This document shows, piece by piece, positions 57,501 to 64,000 of a DNA stretch of 64,000 bases. Position 1 is the first letter of the stretch, and each line of letters begins with the position of its first letter. This DNA comes from Balanoglossus misakiensis (taxonomy: Eukaryota > Animalia > Hemichordata): positions 1,676,635 to 1,740,634 of the forward strand of contig CM082595.2 of the NCBI GenBank assembly GCA_040954595.2. Reading direction: 5' to 3'. The notes under the pieces were generated by a model that worked only from the letters and a program-made list of their open reading frames with translations, was not told the origin of the DNA and did no database searches. The position numbers and the translations under genes were made by a program.

Positions 57501-58146
57501 CCGATCACGTGCGTCCAATTTGTCTACCACCAAGTGAAACCATCGTTGTCAACGACTTCGGTTTTGATGAATATATCGAGCGAGCCAAACCTCCTCCCGA
57601 CGATTCTGCGGTTGTGACAGGATGGGGTCTGACGTCAAATAGCGGCAGCGCACGTTCAGATTTACTACTGGAGGCGTACATTCCGATAGCCAATCAGACG
57701 GCGTGCGTCGAGGCGTACAGACCGAACAATTGGCCGGTGACCGAGAATATGTTCTGCGCTGGCTATGAATTAGGTATGTCATTTTCATGTTTCTTGTCTC
57801 CTCACCATTTGGCATTTTTTTCTGTTCAAAGTTCCCGAAGAACCAGTATCACTTTAACTTATGAACTTCCATTTCTTTAACATAGCAGGTAGGGAGAATT
57901 GCAGAATAATCATGTGACATAATATTCCCTTGTTCGGACACTTATTCAGGTGGACGTGACGCTTGTAGAGGTGACAGCGGCGGCCCATTGATGTTCCTCG
58001 ACGAAGACACCTTCCGTTACTTCGTGTTCGGAGCCGTCTCGAGGGGGCGCCCTGGTGAATGCGCAGCTCCGGAATCGTACGGCGTGTACTCGCGAGTTGG
58101 AAACTTTTTGTCATGGATCAAGGAAACCATCAAACTGCCGCGATGA
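54503..58146 (+). CDS. MASP/C1r/C1s-family complement serine protease (CUB1-EGF-CUB2-CCP1-CCP2-SP), copy 1, about 718 aa
   Basis: Tentative exon 1 54503-54531, then 54691-54940, 55149-55320 (CUB1), 55456-55578 (Ca-[24 protein letters not shown]), 55667-55860, 55955-56114 (CUB2), 56204-56377 (CCP1), 56531-56713 (CCP2), 56909-57213 (activation R|ILGG, TAAHC), 57404-57773 (DIAL, PICLP), 57950-58146 ([10 protein letters not shown]). All GT-AG and in phase. The start exon is the least certain part. Confidence 0.92.
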
Positions 58147-59568
58147 AAAAAGAACTAAACTGTGCATTCATCTGTGAATGTGCATTCTATTTCTCTGAGA
58201 AAGATGCATGGAAATGACTTTTATATTTGATGACACAGCCTGTTTGCACATTACAAACTCTTGAATGTTCAGGAATGCTTGTAATCCATTATTTATAATA
58301 GACTGTGGTCGACACGCCCTGGGAGATTCTTTGTAAACTGTATCTGTTCGCGGTTGAAAGAGTGCACACCGTTTTGATTGAGCTATTATTGCACTTGAAA
58401 GTTGATTAACTGGATAAAACGGAGCTGTCCGTTACTTAGTCTGTTGAAGTGGAAGCAATTACTCCACTGAATGGCAGTGTTACGACAGATCTGATGCCGA
58501 ACGACAATACGATTGGATGTGCTTCCATGATGCAAGTAAAATCCGTCATTTAAAGACCGAAATGTCACGCAGACAACCACTTTGCGCCACATGTTCAAAA
58601 TGAAACTCCTAACATCGCTAGAATTTAATTTACTGTTGAAGTGCGTAGCTTGAGTTTTTTCTGTTATTGGAGGTTGGTACAATATCACCAACATTCAACC
58701 AGACAATAATCGAGCTCCGATACTGCATGCAGCTATAAGTGATGACCCCAGCACACTTCTCTCAGTACTCGTTACTTTTGCAACGCAAAGACGCCTCGAT
58801 CATACAAAAGCAAATAAACATTATTACACTGGCAGTTTCATATTGTTCGGAATCCAAACAGTGCCATGCGTAACCTGAGCTTGCGGTCCGAAAGATTATG
58901 TGACGGCATTTGATAACGTTCAGTTTGACCCTGGGGGCGGTCTTCTGAGAAATCAGTGCGGTTCCTCCATGTACGGGATGTGACATAATGTAAACTGATA
59001 TGATACAGGCTGTTAAGTTGGGGTAGATCCAGGGAATTTCCTCTCAGTCGACCAGAAGAAGCTCCAACTCTCAGCACAGGGTAACAGTAAATTGGTACAC
59101 CATGGCTTTCTGGTCGTACGGGTGAGTGAAAAGATACAGATTTGCGTTTCTATGGTAACTGGAGAGTTGTATACTTCCAGTGGAAGTCGTACAGTGTTGT
59201 CTGAACCGAGCTGTTGGTGACGAGTCATAGTTGTTAGACACAGTTGAGAGCTCGAGAGACAATCATATGTACATGGTGAACATAGGGGATTTCTTGTACA
59301 TAGGCATTTCAACGCCGATGTTGAGGTCATGACTGGGGCTATGTGTTGTGACTGGTTTTTGGAAGCGCAGTCAGCAAACAACACACAGCCCTGACAAGCA
59401 CACAGAGCTAAGGTCATGGCTGGTGTACTAAACATCGGACATATAGAAAAATCACAACAGGAAACAAATGACGGGGAATCCATTGCCAGGCAAGGAACAT
59501 ACACACAAGAGAAGGATATGGACTGTATCTGATTTCTCAAAAGTAAAGAATATCGTGTGACTAGATTT

Positions 59569-62500
59569 ATGGGGAAGCTGTCAATCGCTTTGTCAGAGTA
59601 AACATTTTAAACGGATACTAATAATGGCTATTTTGTCTTCCCAGAAGAAAGCTAGAGGCACTTCCGCCTTAGCACATAAACACAAATATTATACTCTTCC
59701 GCCATTGCTTTCCTAATTTTCTTCTATACGCAGAATGTTAAACTTTCTATTGCAGATTTCACAGGCTTCATATCGTTGGCAGTATTTCCTTTCTGTTGAG
59801 TACAATCTTCGTCTCGTTCGTTCTCACCGAGGAAAACTTGTCCGGTCTCGGTCAATCCTTCTCCTCCCCGAACTATCCACAAGAATACCCGCACAACGAG
59901 GAAAAGATCTGGAATATCGAAGTCCCCGTTGGGTATCGGGTGGCTCTTTACTTCTCCCAGTTTGACCTGGAAGTTTCACAGGACTGCGAGTACGATTCAG
60001 TGCAGGTCAGATTAACAGTTAATCGTTTAATAAGCTATGAGATCCTCGTCATATGAAAGTGTAATTTTCTACGGGGTTCCTGCTAAACGGAAACTATTAG
60101 TGTTAGTTGCGCACAAGCTGGAGTTTTTGTCCAGGTCTCTCGAATAATGCAATGTATACTACTATCTCTCCATTGTGGCAGTAATGGTCACGTGACATAC
60201 CCCTGATTTGTGTTTCACAGATGTCGGTTGATGACGAAGAACTGTATCGATTTTGTGGAGGCGAGGGGGCGCCATACTTCCCAAAAGACACTGTCGTCAG
60301 GTCACCTAGCAACCAGATGAAAGTGACCTTCCAGTCAGACTACTCCAACATGGATCGCAACATCGGATTCAACGCTCACTACTACGCTGAAGGTGACGAC
60401 GTCATGCATTATGTAGTGAACTTCTAGTAACGTTTCAATATATGAGCACTACATGGATGCGTCAAATTCCAAACTATAATACATTGAAATTACAAGGTTT
60501 TTTTTCCATACTATTTTTGTCTGGCAGATATTGACGAGTGTCTTTCTGACAATGGTGGTTGTGAACATTTCTGTCACAACTTTCCCGGCGGTTATTACTG
60601 TTCTTGTCGTGCCGAGTATGTTCTGTTTTCCGATGACAAGACCTGCACAGGTGAGGAACATCGCTTTTTTGGTGCACACACACACAAACACTGCTTTATA
60701 GAGACACTCAGATAAATCGTTTTTGTATTTTCCTTTTACAGTCGAGTGCGGCAATATTGTATTGCATGAAATCAATGGCATAATTGAAACACCTGACTAT
60801 CCTGGACGTTATCCGAAGAATTCCGAATGTGATTGGACCATTGATGTTGAAAAGGGCTACGTCATCAATTTGGAGTTTGACGCCTTTGACGTTGAAACAC
60901 ACCCGGATGTTGCTTGTCCGTATGACTTCGTTAAGGTATGAAGCCAGTGGCAAACATGTTAAGTCTGCGTTGCTATCTCAATTTCATAGTAACTTTTCAA
61001 ATCTAAGCAACATAAATTGTTCCTTATAGGTATCCGGTGGCAACCAGGTGTTCGGTCCTTTTTGTGGCCAATCGGGTGAGACCAATCTTCCAAACGTCAT
61101 CCAATCACCGGGAGACGTGATGAAAGTCGAGTTCCACTCTGACAATTCGGGTGAATTCGGGGGATTCCGGGCCAGGTATTACGTAACAGGTAAGAGCACA
61201 CCTTTTCAAATGCTGTGACACCCCTCAGTATGATAATTACTGTATATGGCTAAATCTATTTCATATTGTCACCTTCATAGCCCAGCCATGTCCACCGCTG
61301 GAGGCGCCGGCCTATGCAGAAATGAGTGGCAGTAATTTCACCTACAAACAGCACGTGGAGTTCATCTGTAACCATGGTTACTACCTGGTCGGTTCTCAAA
61401 CTAGAATGTGTACAGAGGACGGAACGTGGAGCGGTGTTCAACCATACTGTCAAAGTAAGTAAGGGGTGGACCATTTGATTGCTAAGGAAGGGGTATAGTA
61501 GGTTTGGATATACATGTACTGGCAAACTTTTAAGTCACCGTTAGGTATTGCAGAAAAAACTGGTAATTGTAATGAATTATTTGTTTTATAACGCTCTTAC
61601 TGTCTCACTACACAGTTGTTGACTGTGGACGTCCAGAAGAGATCCAGAACGGCCATGTTACCACCAACAACGACAACTTCACCTACACAAACGCTGTAAC
61701 TTACTCTTGCGACGATTTCTACGAGGTTGTGGGAGCCAGCGTCAGGTTCTGCGAGGCGGACGCAATCTGGTCAGACGCAAAACCCCATTGTCAGCCAAGT
61801 GAGTATACAAGGCAACATTTATAATCACATTTTCGTGATAACAATTGAATTACACAAAAGTTGACAGCTTCATCATTTTTGATGATCTACTGACGTTTCT
61901 GGAAATGGTAGATTCTCCGTGCCAGTATTAAGGTAAACATGTGTAACCCCGTTTTTAAAAAGGTTTGACTGCATTTGAACTTTTTTATCACAGTCTGTGG
62001 TATTGCCAGCTTTCCGCAAAACCCAAGACCCCGTACTCGCATTCTTGGTGGTCGGTCGGTCCACCCCGGTTCTTGGCCGTGGATGACGTACTTGGACATC
62101 CACGCTCCGAGCTACGACATCCATGACGCGGTATGCGGGGGTTCCCTGTTGAACGAGGAATGGGTGCTGACAGCTGCGCACTGCGTGACCAACCCTACGC
62201 GACTTTCAAGGTCCTTTGGACAGCTCATACCATTCAGGTCAATTGATGTGTCCCTTGGAGTACACAGGCGTTCTGCCCTCGACGGGAATGTTCAGCAGGT
62301 CAGTCAAAGTTATAGTGTCGTCTTCATCCCAGATAGTAAATCATTTTTTTATTGGCCTACAATTTCTTTTTAGTTTTTATTGTGTCTAAATTGAAGATCA
62401 GAGATGTTTATGATCTGCTGTTCATTATCTGTGCCACATGATCTATGACGAGTGAGGAGTAAATGGTATTCGTATCTTTGCTTCCTAGCCAAGTGTTGCT

Positions 62501-63299
62501 GAGATCTTCCGTCATCCTGACTATAACGTTGACACATTTGATGCAGACATCGCCCTCTTGAGGTTGGCCAATCCCGTCAACTTCACCGATCACGTGCGTC
62601 CAATTTGTCTACCACCAAGTGAAACCATCGTTGTCAACGACTTCGGTTTTGATGAATATATCGAGCGAGCCAAACCTCCTCCCGACGATTCTGCGGTTGT
62701 GACAGGATGGGGTCTGACGTCAAATAGCGGCAGCGCACGTTCAGATATACTACTGGAGGCGTACATTCCGATAGCCAATCAGACGGCGTGTGTTGAGGCG
62801 TACAGACCAAACAATTGGCCAGTGACTGAGAATATGCTCTGCGCTGGCTATGAAATAGGTACGTCATTTTCATGCCATTTCTTGTCTTCTCACCATTTTG
62901 TTATTTTTCTGTTACAAAGATTCCGAACGAACCAGTATCACTTTAGCTCATGAACTTCCATTTCTTTAGCATAGAAAAAATCGGCCATCTTGAAATTGTG
63001 TCGATCATTTTCATCACTCACCCAGGTAGCAAAATCTATCAGAGTTAGGGAGACTTGCAGACTAATCATGTAACATATTCCCTTGTTTGGAAACTCATTC
63101 AGGTGGACGTGACGCTTGCAGAGGTGACAGCGGCGGCCCTTTGATGTTCCTCGACGAAGACACCTTCCGTTATTTCGTGTTCGGAGCCGTCTCGTGGGGG
63201 CGCCCTGGTGAATGCGCAGCTCCGGAATCGTACGGCGTGTACTCGCGAGTTGGAAACTTTTTGTCATGGATCAAGGAAACCATCAAACTGCCGCGATGA
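59569..63299 (+). CDS. MASP/C1r/C1s-family complement serine protease, copy 2, about 718 aa
   Basis: Tentative exon 1 59569-59597, then 59756-60005, 60221-60392, 60528-60650, 60742-60935, 61030-61189, 61281-61454, 61616-61798, 61994-62298, 62489-62858, 63103-63299. Exon lengths identical to copy 1. His-Asp-Ser triad, S1 Asp (DAC) and VSWG all intact. Confidence 0.93.
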
Positions 63300-64000
63300 A
63301 AAAAGAACTAAACTGTGCATTCATCTGTGAATGTGTATTCTATTTCTCTGATAAAGATGCATGGAAATAAATTTTATATTTGATGACACCGCATGTTTGC
63401 ATTATTAGACTTATATAGCGGAAACATATTTTTGCAATAGATATGCAAACTATATCATGTGTTTTGAAAACATCGTAGTTTTATCGGCTGTGCCTGTAAT
63501 TCCTCTGTTAGTATGTCAAGAAGATTAAAAAGCAACGCCGTCAAAATTACATCTTGTCTTGTTCTTATTTGTCACCGCTCAGATAGCGTGTCAGAATAAC
63601 GAGATCAGCCCAATGGATGATGTCAATTATCGAAATTCACTTCATGAAAAGCTGCCGGGTAACAACACCTTCAACGAATAATATTTGACATTAGTTTGAT
63701 AGCAACAAACTCTTGAATGTTCAGGAATGCTTGTAATCCATTATATATAATAGACTGTGGTCGACACGCCCTGGGAGATTCTTTGTAAACTGTATCTGTT
63801 AGCGGTTGAAAGAGTGCACATCGTTTTGATTGAGCTATTATTACACTTGAAAGTTGATTAACTGGATAAAACGGAGCTGTCCGTTACTTAGTCTGTTGAA
63901 GTGGAAGCAATTACTCCACTGAATGGCAGTGTTACGACAGATCTGATTCCGAACGACAATACGATTGGATGTGCTTCCATGATGCACCTCAAATCCGTCA

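Larger units (their letters stand above)
53532..64000 (+). repeat. Tandem segmental duplication (unit 1 about 53532-58645, unit 2 about 58646 to beyond the window end)
   Basis: tagcttgagttttttctgttattgg occurs at about 53532 and 58647. Flanks, introns and exons are collinear thereafter, with scattered substitutions and indels; 58253-58550 matches 63706-64000. Confidence 0.95.

Noticed and set aside
63706-64000. Apparent start of a third MASP copy
   Set aside because: It matches the 3' flank of unit 1 and so only completes unit 2; a third copy cannot be seen in this window.

Overview
Eukaryotic (animal) genomic DNA with GT-AG spliced genes. The gene content suggests a marine invertebrate, probably a deuterostome (inference). 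Left to right: the last coding exon of a nuclear receptor (+); about 14 kb without recognisable coding sequence; EXOSC10/Rrp6 (-, 21 exons); Wnt4 (-, 4 exons) in a CpG-rich domain; PSMC2/Rpt1 (-, 11 exons); ICMT (-, 4 exons) head-to-head with an intronless centrin-3; a second, diverged intronless centrin-3 paralog; and a recent ~5.1-kb tandem duplication carrying two MASP-family complement proteases (CUB-EGF-CUB-CCP-CCP-serine protease). Exon chains were read by hand and checked for phase. Most notable: (i) the MASP genes combine an AGY active-site Ser codon with a histidine-loop disulfide and an intron-split protease domain; (ii) copy 1 has Arg at the near-invariant Trp215 and a different activation peptide; (iii) MASP, EXOSC10, WNT4, ICMT and PSMC2 linkage mirrors the human 1p36/7q22 paralogon; (iv) two tandem intronless centrin-3 genes with different EF-hand loops. 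Two MITE families and several microsatellites are present. No wholly new system, RNA gene or CRISPR array can be supported.
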